Assembly (NCBI GenBank): GCA_009602735.1
Contig: WELA01001462.1
Location: 300,895 to 364,894 of the forward strand
Source: Mesotaenium endlicherianum
Taxonomy: Eukaryota
Length of the DNA: 64,000 bases
Direction: 5' to 3'
Shown: in pieces, positions 1 to 13,908 of the stretch
Numbering within the stretch: position 1 is the stretch's first letter
Layout: each line of letters opens with the position of its first letter
Made by a program: the position numbers and the translations under genes
The notes under the pieces: model-generated
Told to the model about the DNA's origin: nothing
Seen by the model: the letters and a program-made list of their open reading frames with translations, nothing else
Database searches by the model: none

Positions 1-1197
1 TGACACCTGCTCCCACATGCCTCCATATTAGGACTCGATAAGGTCCAAAAGAACTGATCGACAGCCTTACTGATTCCATCAAACTTTGTGCTCGGTAGTC
101 TTTGAAAGGCACATGCAAATGACGGGAGATTTATTGCATTGGCGCAGTTATAAATGCCATCTCCCGCTACTTATCTGTTTTATAGTCACAGTTGTGGATG
201 CTTCACAATGTACACAACACACACACAAAAACCAGATGGCCTTTTGAGGACATTGAGGTAGTTTTCAGCGCCGCGTGCGGCGGGTTTATTGATGAGATTT
301 GAGGCACCTTCTCCTGACCTAACATCAAGGACCAAGCAAGAAAAAATATGACAAATGCTCCGTAAGTTCCACACGTGCTGAAGTCGCCATGTATACTTCT
401 TTCTCACGCCTGAAGCAGGCCACTCCACAACTTCCGGAGCTTTCTGAAGCATCCCATCACTTTTTCTCTCGGGTCTACGGTTCCTCTTCAGGGGGGTTCC
501 TGGTTGAAGTTTTCAGAGCCATCTGAGCTCTTTGGCCACTTTCCATTGAAAGCCATACTGAACTATCTTCTCTTGTTTCTCCCTCGTTCTTGTCTAAGCA
601 CACAATGATCTCAAATATGCACAGAACTAAATGGCCATGTTGGAGACAGGAAATTACAGCTAAAACTTATTGACACGTGGTTCAACCTGAAAGATGATTC
701 TTAGAAACGTCGTGCTTTACTCCCTCAGACGCAAACTGGCTCAGCAATACAACTATTCTTTCCCGCCAGTTTCTCCGATCCTCAGAGCCCCCCGGCGCAT
801 AGCAAGCGTGAAAACCGTTTCTTTCTTTGAGATGGGGTTGTCACAGAGGACATGGAACCAATGTACTCATATTTAGAACAATTTATTTCAGCCCTCCAAG
901 TGCTTCGTCGAAGGAATGTACGAGAACCAGCAGCCCTAATGCCTGCACTGCCAGTAAACTTCCACGACTTACAAGCGAGTGCAAGGAAGCTTTGTATGCC
1001 GCAGGCACGTGGCCGTCGCTGACCCTGTGAACCTACTTACTACAGCAATGGTGCACAAGAGCCGCTGCATTCAATTCATTTAATGCCCTTACCAGAACGG
1101 AAGCGGGAGCCAACGTCTCCAGGTGCCTGTGAGCAGCCTTTGAGCCAAGTAGCGGATGTGGGGCAGGAGGACAAGAGTCCCAAGAACGATACGACTG

Positions 1198-4100
1198 TCA
1201 GCAGTAGTGCTTCAGACGAGCGGCGTCAGACTCCAAGGCCTTCATCACCCGCCTCAGCACAGCCCCCACCCGTTCCTCCGAGAGAGTAACGTTCTGGTTG
1301 CTGAGGTAGATGGCCCCCATGACATCCCAGCCCTTGGCCCAGATGGAGTCGGGGTCCGTGAGCACGGGGTCATCGGCCGCGTAGATTTTACTCAGGGTGC
1401 TCTCCTGGACTGTGATGTTGTAAGCCACGTAGTGGAGGCCGAGCTTCATGGCGGGGTTGCCATAGGCGTCCTTTGCTATTCGCTCCACGCCGAGGGGAAT
1501 CACCTGCACGCGTACAGATGAGGAAATGAGCACATGAAATGAGCACCAGCCAATTGTCAGGCCCTGAGTCTGCAGGTTGATAAGCAAGAAACAGAGGTAG
1601 AGAGGGGGCAGAAGGTAAGTAAATGATCGAGCGTGGACAGGCCAAGAGGGTCAGCAGCGGAAGCAGCACGCGAGCACGTGCCACCTGTCTGGCACAAGGC
1701 ATCATCCAGACGCGCACCTCTGCATCTCGTGAGGCCCACGTGGCACCAAGCTGGCACTGCTGGCACTTTGTTGTGCAGGAATGGCATGAGATTGTGTGCA
1801 GCAGAAGCGCAACGAACACCACAGGCAGAAAGGATAGCAGCGCGCACGCAGGGGGTGCTGCACGGTCAGGCGCAGCACTCAAACAGAGGAGCCCAGAGTC
1901 CACCAATCATAAGCAAGCATGCAGGAACTGGAGGGCCCAGCATGCGGACAAGACCCACCTGGATGAAGAAGGAGCCAGGGCGCATGAAGAGCAGGTGGGT
2001 CATGGCCGCTCCGTGCACGCCCATCACGACCGCGCTGCGCTGCATGTGGCCCCACATGTCAGCCAGGGAGACGCCGGCTGCGGGGTCGATGATGCGCACC
2101 GCGTACCCCAGCCCTTCAGCCAGTTGAACAAGCATCTCCTGATTGGTGAAGGAGCGCGCCGCCGTGCGCGCGATGATGGCCATCTGCGGTCGCGAGCAAT
2201 TGCCACCGCCAACTGCCGGCGTGACCTTGGAGTCCCACGCCCGCCGCAGCATTGCCTGCGCGTGCCCAAACATCATCAGCCCACCCAGAATAACCTTGCG
2301 GCATTAGGGGCAGCAAAGCGCACAAGTTCCACAGGCACTGCTGCGCCGCCTGCAGGAGGAAGCCTTTAGCCACGACCGCTTCTTGTTGAAGGCGTAGCTA
2401 GCTGAACTTCCATGCGGTGCCACGTACACCCGCCTCCCAGGAAGTCCAGACTGGCCGGGCGCAGAAAAATCAGCTGCTGGGAATTCACCATTCCGGCTGT
2501 GAAGGGACGTGCGTGCTTGGAGCTGCACACAAGCGTGCAAGCTTCCCTACCAAGTGGCAGATAAGCACCACACGCACTTAAGCCGTGGAAGGCCGTGCTT
2601 CCTCCGCTCCACATAGTGCAATGCTGTGGGCCTTCACATGTCCCCCCCACTCTTAGAAAGTGCCAGGAGAGGGGCAGAGGGAGAGTAAAGAGACAAACAG
2701 CAGAAATGAACCGCTGCGCAAGAGCACAAGCGCCAGCTGCCCCTCACCTGAAAGTCGTGGATTGTTTCGTTGTTGGGCATAAGCCCCGGGTTCACAGCCA
2801 GGTCCGCATCAGCGGTGATGCCAACTGTTGCTTCTGGGAAGCAGTGCACTCGGGGATCCTGAGCCACCCGCCCACGCACGGCCACTTGCACCCGTCAGAG
2901 CTCTCCCACAGAGTTGCGAAAGATGGACACCAGCTGTGGGTAGCTTATCGCATTGCACTTTGAGAGCAGTATGCGCACTGCTAGCTGTAGCCACTGGCTT
3001 GAGTTGAGACGAGGAGCAAGTGGGTGGCGCCTGCACCCCCTGCAGGCTGGCTGCGGCAGTCTCCCATCTGCCCTGCTGAGAGGCCTAGGGCTCAACAGCC
3101 AGCCCCCGCGATGTCACCTGGACCATCAGTACCCCCCAGGCTTCAGGAGGCTGCTGCTTGCTACTGTGTGCGAGGAACCTAGAGACCTGCAGCGCCAGGG
3201 GCGCTAGCGGAAGCACACACAGCCGTCAGATGCGGAGCACGCCGCCTTGATGGACATCCCACACCTGGCCCTGGCACTGGCCCACCCACCCACCTGGCCG
3301 AGGAGCACGGGCGGGTAGTTGGACAGCTGGTCGAGCGGCTCCCAGTGTCTCTCGATCCACCAGTCGCGGGCGTCGCTGATGACGAGGACGACCTCGCGCT
3401 TGTACTGCTGCGCTGCCATCCAGAGGGGGATGAGGCCTACACCGCCCGCCCGCCCGCGCGCCCAAAAGAGCACATCAGCTTCCGCTGGGACGGGCGATCC
3501 CCCTTTTTGGCAGTCAGCAAGTGGGCTTTGTGTCCCTGCGCCTGCAGGTGACACCTGTACAAACTGCAAGCGAGCAATCTGACCACCCCCAGGAGGATTG
3601 CAGAAGCGTCCAATGAGCCGGGAGAGAGAGTGCTGAATCTGAAAAGCGCACATCAGGTCAGAGCAAGAGCTGCACCCAGGGAGCCTTTTGTGGGTGAATT
3701 GTATTTGCAGACAGCACTGCTGCATACGCACATGGGCACACACGCAGACACACACACACACAGAGAGAGAGGGGGAGAGGAGAGGCTGGCCCAAGGGTGC
3801 GAGCGGCATACCCTCGTTAAAATCGTGGAAGATGTTCCCCGAGTAGCCGCCAATGGAGAACATGATAGCTGGCACGTGGTGGCGGATGTGGCATGTCAGC
3901 GGCGGCGGGCCTTGCAAGGAGCCGGGGGGCCACTGCGACACGGTCCCATTGGCGCTCCACGCCCCCAGCCACTTGCGCATCTTCCACTCCCTAGGACCGT
4001 TGAGCATGAAGGGGCTCCTGTCCCACTCGGCCTCCTCGTCGCCCCGCCACTCGCCTAGCTGCGCTGAGCCCCCCCTGCTCGACACCTGGGCCCCTCCTTC

Positions 4101-5622
4101 CTTCCCCTCTGCCAGAACTTCCGAGTGGGAGCTTCTCAGGCCCTCCTCCTCTTCCTCCTCCTCATGCAGCCTGGCAAGATGCTCGTGGGCGTTGGAGCGG
4201 GCCTTGAGCAGGCGCCGGCTGGTGCCCTCTGCTCCCTCTCCCTGGCCCCCTCCTTGCTGCAGCGGCTGCTGCTGCTGCTGCTGCTGCTGCTGCGTGTGGT
4301 CGTCGATGCACTTGAGCACGAGCTCTGAGACCTTGCCCATGGAGTACCCGTCCATCTTCCGGGGGTACGGCTTAATCTTCTGGGTGCCCCGCGGGACCGT
4401 CTGGTTGCGTGAGAAGAGCCACAGCACCTGGCTGTCGCCCTTCACTCGCACGTCCCCCCTCATGCGGCACTCGTCGCTTCTGTGCATGGACCTGTCGCAT
4501 GCAAAGACCTCACCCTCGTCCCCCTGGTGCCCTTTCTGAGGCGCTCTCTGAGGCAAAGGCGGCGGCAGGAGTGGCGTGTCAGCAAAGACAATCTCCACGT
4601 CACTACCCGGCTCTGCGCCGTGTTCCCTGGAGGGGTCTTCCTCTTTCTGCAAGGCCTTTGCTTCAGTGGCGTGCAATGGGCCTGCTGCATGATCAGAGCT
4701 CTGGCCCTCTTCGTCCCTGCTTCCTCCTTGCACTACAGAAGGAGCAGTGGCGTCCTCCGTCGCATCCTCCTTGCTCTCTTCCCCACTTTGCTCTGAGTCA
4801 TCGCTCTCTCTGTAGGGCACCTTAGACGAGGTGATGACTTCTCCGCTCTCTCGTCCTTCGTCTGAAGGATCTATTGTACCGCCACCCCCATCCTTCTTGG
4901 ACGCCTGCTCGCCCTCCTCCTCTTGCTTCTGCTCATGAGATTCATTTTCCGAGCCAACAACAGCTGCTCCCAAAGCCTCCTGGGGCTTAGGGATGGGTGT
5001 AACGTCCACACGGTGGCTCCCGGAAGTGACAAGGGAGGAGCTCCAGGCGTAAAGCCCCTGGGAGCCTGCTCTCTCAGCCAGCCACAGCCAAGGGAGAGGC
5101 ATCAGCAACAGTTCCCGTACCAGGGGCATGGCTGACCAGAGTGAGCAGAGTATGAGTGCGGCATGCATGAGCAGTGAGAGGAGCAGGACTACGTGCTTAC
5201 AGTCACAAGCTACCCTCTGCGACAGTACAGCATATTCTCATCCTCTTCGCACTCTGGCGAAAGGACGGACCTTGAGCCGTGATGATGGGGCGATAGCCTT
5301 GCCCAAGTCTGCCACTACGTGAGGCCGGGGGACTGCCGGACTCGATTCGAATTCTGACGCAATCCTGATGCATGACTCCTAGACACAAATTCCGCACCGT
5401 GGTTGTGACTTGCTTGTTGGCTTTATGCAGACCCCTGGCAGATGAGAGTGCTAGACAGATTGCCCGTCGCCCACCATGATCGGTAGGGAAGAAAGTACCT
5501 CCTGCTGCCAGAATACCACTGTGAGGCTCGCAGATTCGCCAGGCGATTAATGACACACAAAGAAGAAGCAAGAACCACCAGTAGTGGAGCCTCCGAGCAA
5601 ATTTTTGGTGGGGGTGGTGCAT
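1198..5622 (-). CDS. Glycosyltransferase family 61 (DUF563; xylan arabinosyl/xylosyltransferase-like), type II membrane protein, ~744 aa, 6 exons
   Basis: Exons 5622-5499, 5065-3812, 3436-3294, 2858-2748, 2255-1959, 1503-1198 join in phase across GT-AG introns (2235 nt). N-terminal TM (WWFLLLLCVSLIAW). GT61 motifs CDRSMHRSDEC, IKPYPRK, FSIGGYSGNIFHDFNEGLIPLW, VMGVHGAAMTHLLFMRPG, QVIPLG, YLSNQNVTL. Confidence 0.9.
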
Positions 5623-7049
5623 GATGGCGCCCCCTTGTCCTCAGACTTTGACTCGATTGCTGAGAGCTCTGTACCTGCCTCCAGATTTAAGACCCTCAAG
5701 GACAGCTTGAGTGGTGACAGTGCCTGGGGAGCACAAGGAGGCTTCTGGTGCGGGGGAGAATTCTGGTAAGCGTCCTTGCTCTTTTGCCTGCTTCAGACTG
5801 ACCTCACGAGCCGCCTCCAGCGTCTGATAGCGGCCGATATGATCATTTGGTGAGTGCCTAGAGAACCGCTTTTCGGGACTCCTGAAGGGGCCAGAAGTAT
5901 GGCCGATGGTTCTGAGGACTGGCTATGCTTTCATCATTGTGAATCACGTCAAATAGCCATCCGTGCATCTCCCCCCAGCAATCTCATCATCAAGCTTTGT
6001 GTTTGAGAGATAAGGGTCTTCAGAAGGTCTTTCGCCAAAGAGGGAGGCCGGCACCTCTTCATAGTTGCCACAGTGTCACTTTGACTTATTGTGATTTCTT
6101 ACACCCGTAGGAAACATTAATAATCTTTTAAGGAATTACTGCAGCCATGCTCCCCGTTGTACTGTTCACTTCAGGGGCCGCCCTACCTTCAGACTTCGTT
6201 GTCTTGATTCAGTACGACGTACTTCTTAAGTATGACACTGATTCATAATAACCACATAAGTCTTTGGCACCTGCTCCCGGTAAAATTGGATTAGTAGCTG
6301 GCGATCTTATAGACTTCCTTCCATATCATTGTCCAACGAAAATAAGCGACTCCCCGATTAACTTCAAAAGTAACCCCCTAGCAGACTTTGAGCACCGTGT
6401 CAACATGGGGCAAGAGTACTCGCAAGCTGCTTGCAGGTCCTTGCAAGAACCATCCCAGATTTCGACCTCTTGGCCATAAGATGAAGTCTGATGCCGGTCA
6501 TTCGAATCAAAACGCTCTCCTGTCGAGAGTGAAGTGCATACTTAAATTCGTATTCTGCGCAAGGCACGGAGTGAGGTGAGGGTGAGGTGCGGAGCAGGTA
6601 CGGAGAAGCGATCCGTGGGAACGACTAAAAACCACTAAAAACAGGCTTGAGTGCCTGTAGCTGCATGGTAGTCGTTTGGTTTAGCGCAAGCTCACGCATG
6701 TACTGGCCTTTAGGAAGCCATAGCAAATGAGTCACATACGATTTGAAAAATGCGCAGAACCACTCGTATAGAGTCTCGTACTCATCAGGGCGTTTCGTGG
6801 AAAGGGTTGTTGTGTGGAGTGTATGATGCTTTTAGGGAGTCGATGTGGCTATTTGACAAGGACGTCAGTGCCAGAGATGGATGATAGCAGAAGAGCATGA
6901 GATACGACATGGGTCGAACATAGCGGGTGTTCCTGTTCGAATACTGTCCTTCTGCTTATGCTGGATTCATGGACCTTTTTCTTTCTGACCTCAAATAATG
7001 AGTAGTATGGAAGCAATGAGCGTTGGTGTCTTGTGATTTATATTTGTCC

Positions 7050-10000
7050 ATGATACCAAAAACAATGAGGCCAGAAAAAAAACGGACGATGGTGCCTGGT
7101 ATGCAAATAGGCTATGCTGTCAGCATAGCTACAGCTGCATACGTTTTGTATGTTGCAGGGGCGGGCTCCTTCTCCCCCTACGCAGCACCCTTACATGAGC
7201 AGGGGAAGGAGCAGAGCTGTGAATCCTCTTTCTGGTCAAGTTGCGCAAAGAATGCACCTGCAAGCCGGAGCGTCTTCTCCCAGCCTGCTCTTTTAGCGGC
7301 AGGAGCGGTGCTAGCCCTCAGCCTCACGCTCGTCCACCTCCTCAGTTGGGCTCTGGAAACCGCGGAGAAAAATGCTCTGGAGGCTAGGAAGCTTCATGAG
7401 CTGTTAGAGGCAGAGCGCAGTAAGCCTGTCGCAGAGCCTTACAAAGTGGGACACTCTGCCCTGCTGGCTGTCCTCGCCCAGGAGGTTCGGGAACCCCTGA
7501 CAGGTGACTCCTTCTCGTCCCTGCTTTGCTTCTAGGAGCTATGAAAAGGAGTGTTCATACAATCTGAGACCGTCCTGAGCTCCAGGTGACAGTACACGTG
7601 TCTCTTTCTTGATGTCTGGGGGGCAGGGGTAGGGGACATGCAAGCGTCCCCCAATGCATGCACATGGGGGGTTGGTTGTCTGGGACCATGGAGTGCCTTG
7701 CTCCATATGATGGGTGGCTCCTGTGGGCCTGGCACCTGTACGTGAGGCTGGCGAGCAAGGGCATGGAGAGAGGGCCCTGCCGCCTTCCAGGCTCATACCC
7801 AGCCAGCATGCCTTGTCGTTGTGGAGGCGGTGCAAGGTAGCGACAGTTGTGCATCTGGAGGAAAGGTGGCAGGCCTCTGATGGCCAGGCGTCCGCGTGAG
7901 CATGGTTTGTCACGTGGGCTGGGGGTTGCAAGCGAGGCTCTCAATTCCAGGGAAGCGGGCATTCATCCACTTGCGGCCTGGAGCGTCTTGCGAGTGTAGG
8001 CTGCGCAACTCTAAGCTGAACCCTCCGCACGGCCTTCAGTCCGAGGAGGATGTGCAGAGAAGAGAGAGAGACAGAGCAAGAGGGCTTTCTGTCATATCGA
8101 CAAGGGAAGGGGGAAAAGGGAAGGGGGGGGGAGAGCTTGTTGGCTGTGTGGGAGCCGGGCCCATGGGATGTGACGTGGGTGGGGATGGTCATGGCAGAGG
8201 GTGGGAGAGCACTAGTTGCTGGCATATGACAACAAGTGGAGAGCCCCTCCCTCTGCTGCAGTGAGGGCTAAAGAGTGGTGCAGGCACTACTTCCTAGCTA
8301 TCCCCCGCGCACGCTCGCCTACTCTGTGCCCAGCCGCCACTCTCGCCCACCCGCTTTCCTTTCTCTCTGTCTCACTTGCCCATTCTCTTGCCGTATCGTC
8401 CTCTCACTCACTCGCTCACTCCCTCGCTCTCTGCCCCTTGCCCGCTCGCTCCCTTGCTCTCCCGCGCAAGCGTGCCGTCCGGCGCCGGCCCTGATCCTGT
8501 GCGGCTGGTCGCCTCCGTGCATCCCCTGCACCTCCGCTCCGGCTGCTGCAAGCGAGTGGGAGCAGGCGTGCTGGGCATGGTGCAGCTGCTGCAGGGGTCG
8601 CACCTGGACGCGCTGCAGGCCGACATCGCGCGCACGGCGCAGACGAGCAGCCGCGCGCTCATCCAGGTCATCAACAACGCGCTGGACCTGCCCAAGATGG
8701 ACGCGGGCCAGCTGTGCCTGGACGTGGCGCCCTTTGAGATGCGCACGCTCGTGGACGATGTCCTGGGGCTCTACGGGCCGCAGATGAACGAGAAGGGCGT
8801 CGAGCTGGCGGCGCTGGTGCTGGACGCGGTCCCCTCCTCCGTCCTCGGAGACGCTCTCCGCTTCCGCCAGGTTGGCGCTCCGCGAACCCCACCCTCCCTG
8901 CCTCTGGCTCTGGCCTGGACCCAGAAGAATCGGCTACGGAGGGCCAAGCTTCCCCAGCTAGACTCGCCCCCTGCCTAGCTTCAAGCGGAGGAGGCGTTCT
9001 AGCCGCCTCTCCCAGGAGTATGCAGGCAGCGCTTGGCAGGCCTGTTGGGCCCTCATACCTCCCGGGAGGGAGGGAGGGAGGGTGGTACGACTCTCACCCC
9101 TCCGCCTCCATTTCCGCAGGTGCTGACAAATCTCATCGCAACATCTGTCCACTTCACGGACCACGGTCACACATTTGTGTGCATCCACGTGGCGCCCTCC
9201 GATGCAAACGACGACGACGAGTTCCACGACCTGCCCGAGGCCAATGAGGACGACGCCCAGGTGCAGCCACCCGGCTTCTCTGAGCCCGCCACCTCGTCGC
9301 CCCTCAGGGCCACCTCCATGCCGGCCGCCACGCGCGCATCGCTGGAGGGGGGGCCGGGCAATAGGGCATCTCAAGCCGGCAGCGCACCCCCTGCCAGGGC
9401 CACCAGCTCTACCTTTGGGGAGGGCGGCAGCGCCCCCCATCGCCCCACCCCTAGAAGGTCCTTCGAGAGCAGCACCAGCCTGGCGTTTGCCGAGGACTCT
9501 ACCAGCGGCTCTCCCGGGGGGGGTGCCACTGCGGGCGGCGCCTCCTCCTTGGGGTTTGTACCGAAGCAACGTGCGCTGAAGGAGGGCGAGTACGGCACTT
9601 TGAGCGGGCGGCAGGCTGCTGATGGGAGCAACTCCTGGGATGCCATCTGTCAGATGATGACGGAGCAGCAGCAGCGGCACAAGGCGCTCCTGGCACGGCC
9701 CGACGGCGGGCGCGGGGCCAAGCGCGTGAAGCTGGTGGTGTCGGTGGAGGACACGGGACGCGGCCTCCCGGAGGCCGTGCAGGAGAGCATCTTTGAGCCC
9801 TTCAAGGAGGCGGACGCCGTCGCGCAGAAGCGCTACGCGGGCCCAGGTGTCAGCCTCTCAGTCTCCCGGAGGTACTCCCGCCTGCTTTTTTTTCCCCTCC
9901 TTGTGCGTCTACTGCAGGCTGTCACTCTCTTGACCCTGCTTGGTGTCTGCTTGTTTGCGCTCCAGGGTTCCCAGCGTACAGTTTGCCAAGAGGCACGCTT

Positions 10001-12840
10001 TCAGGCCCCGGCATTGGCTCGCGCGTGTGCGTTGCAGCCACAGCAAGGACAAGAGAGGGCAACCGTTCTCTTTTGGAAACTCCCTCCCTCCTTCCTCCCT
10101 CCCTCCCGCTGGTGGGCTGACAATCGTTCTCTTCTAGCAGGCTGGTGGCTCTGATGGGCGGTGAACTGTCGCTGACAAGCCGGCCCGGCGTGGGGACCAC
10201 GGTGACGCTGGAGGTGGAGATGGAGCAGACGCAGAAGGGCGCCAACAGGAGCGCGCTCATCGGCGCTGTGATGGGCGACGAGCACCAGCTGGACTTTGCC
10301 GCCAACCGTGCCAAGCTGCGCGGCCTGCGCGTGCTCGTCGTCGACGCCTCCCCCGTCCGCCAGCAGGTAGTCCTCAGCGCCCAGACGCGCCGCATGCAGG
10401 CCAGTGGCTGTCTCCCCATCGGGATTATAGGGCTCCAAGTGAGTCTCGCCCGGGGGGGGCGGGGGGGGGGGAGCTGCTCAGTCAGGCCCATACGTTGGGG
10501 CTTGCTAGAAGCGTGCAAGCATGGATAGTTGGCCGAGAGGGCTCCAGCACCTCTTTCACACAGGCACCGGCACGGCTCCCCCAATGGGCGCGTCCGGCCG
10601 GACACGCCACGCGCTTTGGCTACACCATTCTTCTCTCTTGACCCACTCAGCTCTCCATGCGAGTGGAGCAGCGCACATTGTAGCCGCCTCGTCCTGACAT
10701 CAGCACTCTCATCCACTGCTCTGTGCTTCCGTACTTGCCAGGTGGCAGCCACGTACTTGGCCAGGCTGGGGCTGAGTGTGGACCTCTCAGACAGCGTCCC
10801 CGCCGCTGCACTGGCCCTGAGCCAGGCCATGGAGGCCGCCGCTGCCGCCGCCGCCGCAGCAGCCGCCGCTTCCTCTTCCTCCCCAGCCGCTGTGGCTCTG
10901 AGCTCGTTGGCATCCGGCGCTGCTGCGGCAGCTGGCGGCGATGCTGCTGGGGGGGGCGGTGCCAGGCGGAAGCTGCGGTGGGATGTGGTGGTGGTGGACG
11001 CGTGCGCGGACGGGCCCGGGTCCGGCATGGAGCTGGGGCGCATGCTGCTGCAGGTGCACGAGGTGCTGCTGGCCTCCAAGGGCTCCGCGCCGCCCCTGCC
11101 CCGGTTCGCACAGCTATCTCCCGCCCGCCCCCCAACTTGCTCGCTCTGGTGCTTCCTCTCCCTATGTCGCTGTGCACTCCTCCTTCCATCCAGAGCAGCC
11201 ACAGTAGCCACAGCAGCAGAGGCACGGTGGCGACGGAGGGGCGCTGCCATGCCAGGTGAGCTCGGTGGAGCAGTATCAGGCGGCCACGTGTGTCTCCCTC
11301 AGCTGTTTGGTCAGGGTTTGCTGCTGCTGTTGGTGCTATGTGCAGGATGGTGCTGGCGACGGTCAGCGAGGACGAGGAGGTGGAGGCGGAGGCGGCCAGA
11401 AACGGCTTTGCGGGCGTGCTGGTGAAGCCGTTCCGCGCCAGCCAGCTGATGACGTGCCTGCTGCAGGCGGTGGGGGTGAGCGTCCGCGAGGGCAGCGCTC
11501 TGGCCGTGAAGCGGCGCCAGGTGCTGCTGCGGCTCACCCTTAAGGACAAGAAGGTCATGGTAAGTCAGCGCTCGCACAGGAGGCCACCCTCGGGCAGGCT
11601 GGCTGACATGCTGGCTGGCTGGCTGGTATATTGGTATTCGTTTGGCGGGGGAGGGGGTGGGGGGGGAGGAGGATGGGGGGCAGCGATGGTCCCTCAGCTG
11701 CTTATAAGTTTTCGACTGTTGCCTTGTTGTACCCGGTTCATGTGCGCGATGTGCGAATAGCGGTTCTAGCTGGACCAGCTCCCGCAGCGGCAGGCAAATT
11801 CTTTTCCTTGCGGCAAGCAGGCGTGTGCTTCAGGGAGCGGCCCGGTGGGCACTCTTCTTCTGGGGCTGAGGCGTAATCAGCTGGGGGTGTGGGTGGGGCG
11901 CAGGTGGTGGACGACGACTTCGTGAGCAGGAAGGCAGCGGGGCTGACGCTGTCCAAGTTTGCGGAGGTGACCCTGGCTGTGGAGAGCGGCAAGGAGGCCA
12001 TCCGGCGGCTGCAGCCCCCCCACGAGTTTGACCTCGTGCTGGTCAGCACCGGCATGCACGAGATAGACGGGTGCGTCTTCCTGCCTGGCAGCGGGGGAGC
12101 CCACCTCGCTTGCCCGGGGCCCGTCCGTCTTGAGTGCTGGTGCTGGTGCTGGGTGCTGGGTGCTGGGTGCTGGTTCTGCCCGTGTTAGGGGTTCTCGCAG
12201 TGTCCCTAATTCTCCTGTAAGACACTGATAATGGTGTGCTCCCGCTGGCTGTGGCTGTTGGCTGTATGCCGCTGCTATTACTACTGGGTATGGATGATAC
12301 TTGCTAGGATGATCAATATACTGTAGGCAAGTGTGAGTGTGTGTGCGTGTATGTGTGCTGTGCAACGGACAGGCCTGTTCATCTGTCTGCAATTTTCATG
12401 CATGGAAAATGGGTGCAAAGGTGGCATGGTGGGTGGCCATTGGCAATGTTGTGTACAAGTGTGATGAGGCGATACCGCGTTGTAATACAAGCACGTGGAC
12501 TTGTTTTCACTCTTTTGCTTATTTTGCCCCTCGCCTTTCCTTACTTCTGTGCAGATTTGAAGTCACGAAGATTGTGCGCAAGCTCGAAGATGCGGATCTG
12601 TCGAGGTTACAGGGCAAGTACGGTAAGGATGTTGGGAAGTTTCGGGTTCCCATAGTTGGTCTTCTGACTGATATTGGCCCGGTCGAACGAGAAAATTGCG
12701 AGACGTCCGGTATGAATGCGAGTGTAGCTAAGCCAATAGAGGAAGATGAGTTGCTAGCAGTCCTCTCCAAGATATTTGAGACCAAGGAGATGGCATCAGC
12801 TCATGTTGCTAGCGTGCAGAGCCATCAGAACTTTTCTTAA
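7050..12840 (+). CDS. Membrane-bound hybrid histidine kinase-like protein of AHK/CHK (cytokinin receptor) architecture; no CHASE domain, degenerate catalytic sites
   Basis: Exons 7050(start uncertain)-7503, 8566-8870, 9120-9871, 10141-10366, 10742-11103, 11346-11559, 11904-12070, 12555-12840 join in phase. HisKA-like LAVLAQEVREPLTGVLGM; GDALRFRQVLTNL; the AHK-typical TLSGRQAADGSNSWD segment; VSVEDTGRGLP; LVALMGGEL; two receiver-like domains (VLVVD...LVKPFRASQL and VMVVDDD...LQPPHEFDLVLV...VAKPIEED). Confidence 0.85.
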
Positions 12841-13908
12841 GTCCATTGTGATGCATAAGTTATAGAGTGTTAGTTTCTTGTGAATTGTGATCTATTTATG
12901 TGTCAGTCCTAGGAAATTACCTCGCAAGACAAGTCCTTGTACCAGGAGCAAAAGCTTACAGGTTTAGAAGACAAACCAAGTTAGTCCTGGGGTTTAATTT
13001 ATTAGCAAGGAGCACGTAGGATAGTGTGGACAAGCTAAAATAGTTCAAGACAAATAATAGAAGTTGTAGTCTGATGGATGTTGCTTAGGGGACATGTGTC
13101 CATTTTTAGATGGCGCAATGACCTTATTAAACACCGCGTTTGGTAAAACACAAGTCGTAATGCTTGAGGCTCACATGACGACTAACACCTCTTGGGCCTT
13201 GGCGGCGTTGCTATGGTGCAAGTAAAAGTCAGGATCTAAGATGTTGTTTTAATTTGACCATTTGCAAGTGGGGGCTCAAAGGTTAATGCTTATCATTTTG
13301 ATCGTGCATTAAGGAGCCAATTGCGACAGTGTCAACTTTCTACATTTAATAAAATGCTCAGGCAACGTGCTCGAGCTTAGCACCACTGATGACAAGTTGG
13401 TATTGAAGGTCCTACGGTTCTTACGTCTTTAATTTCTTAGAAATTGGCTTCATCCTCGCGTGAGCAACATGACTACCCAGACTAGTCAGCAAGGACGGAA
13501 TGTAGCGAGTAACGCCTGACAGGACATAAGTGAAGTCGATCTGAACGTGAACATTGCTCGAAACGTTTTCAACACGTTTTTAACCACGTGACTCTCGGAC
13601 GACGGCAGCGCATCACAATTTTCGAAAAGTTTTCATTTCTTGAAAATATATGAACATAGAAGAAAGACTCTGGGCGCAAGAATTGCCGAGGTTTTAAGAG
13701 TTCCGCCCAAAACCAAGGCTTCCCTTCAGTTCTCATATTTGTCCGACTTATTAAGGCCAAGTTTGGACCTTCTTAGGGGTACTTTTAATGCATGTCTTTT
13801 GAGGTGTCCTTTTGGCCAAGTAAGTGATTCTGTTGTTGCATGAATTTGCGGCCTCTCTAGAAGGACAGCAGTGCGATTCGTCAGTCCATTTGTGCTGACA
13901 GGCACGCA

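Noticed and set aside
186..1030. Short ORFs at the window start
   Set aside because: No recognisable motifs or consistent splice structure; probably intergenic or UTR sequence.
9922..11558. Long antisense ORFs (442 and 303 aa) and similar overlapping ORFs across the GC-rich genes
   Set aside because: Shadows of GC-rich coding exons and low-complexity introns, with no domain signatures.
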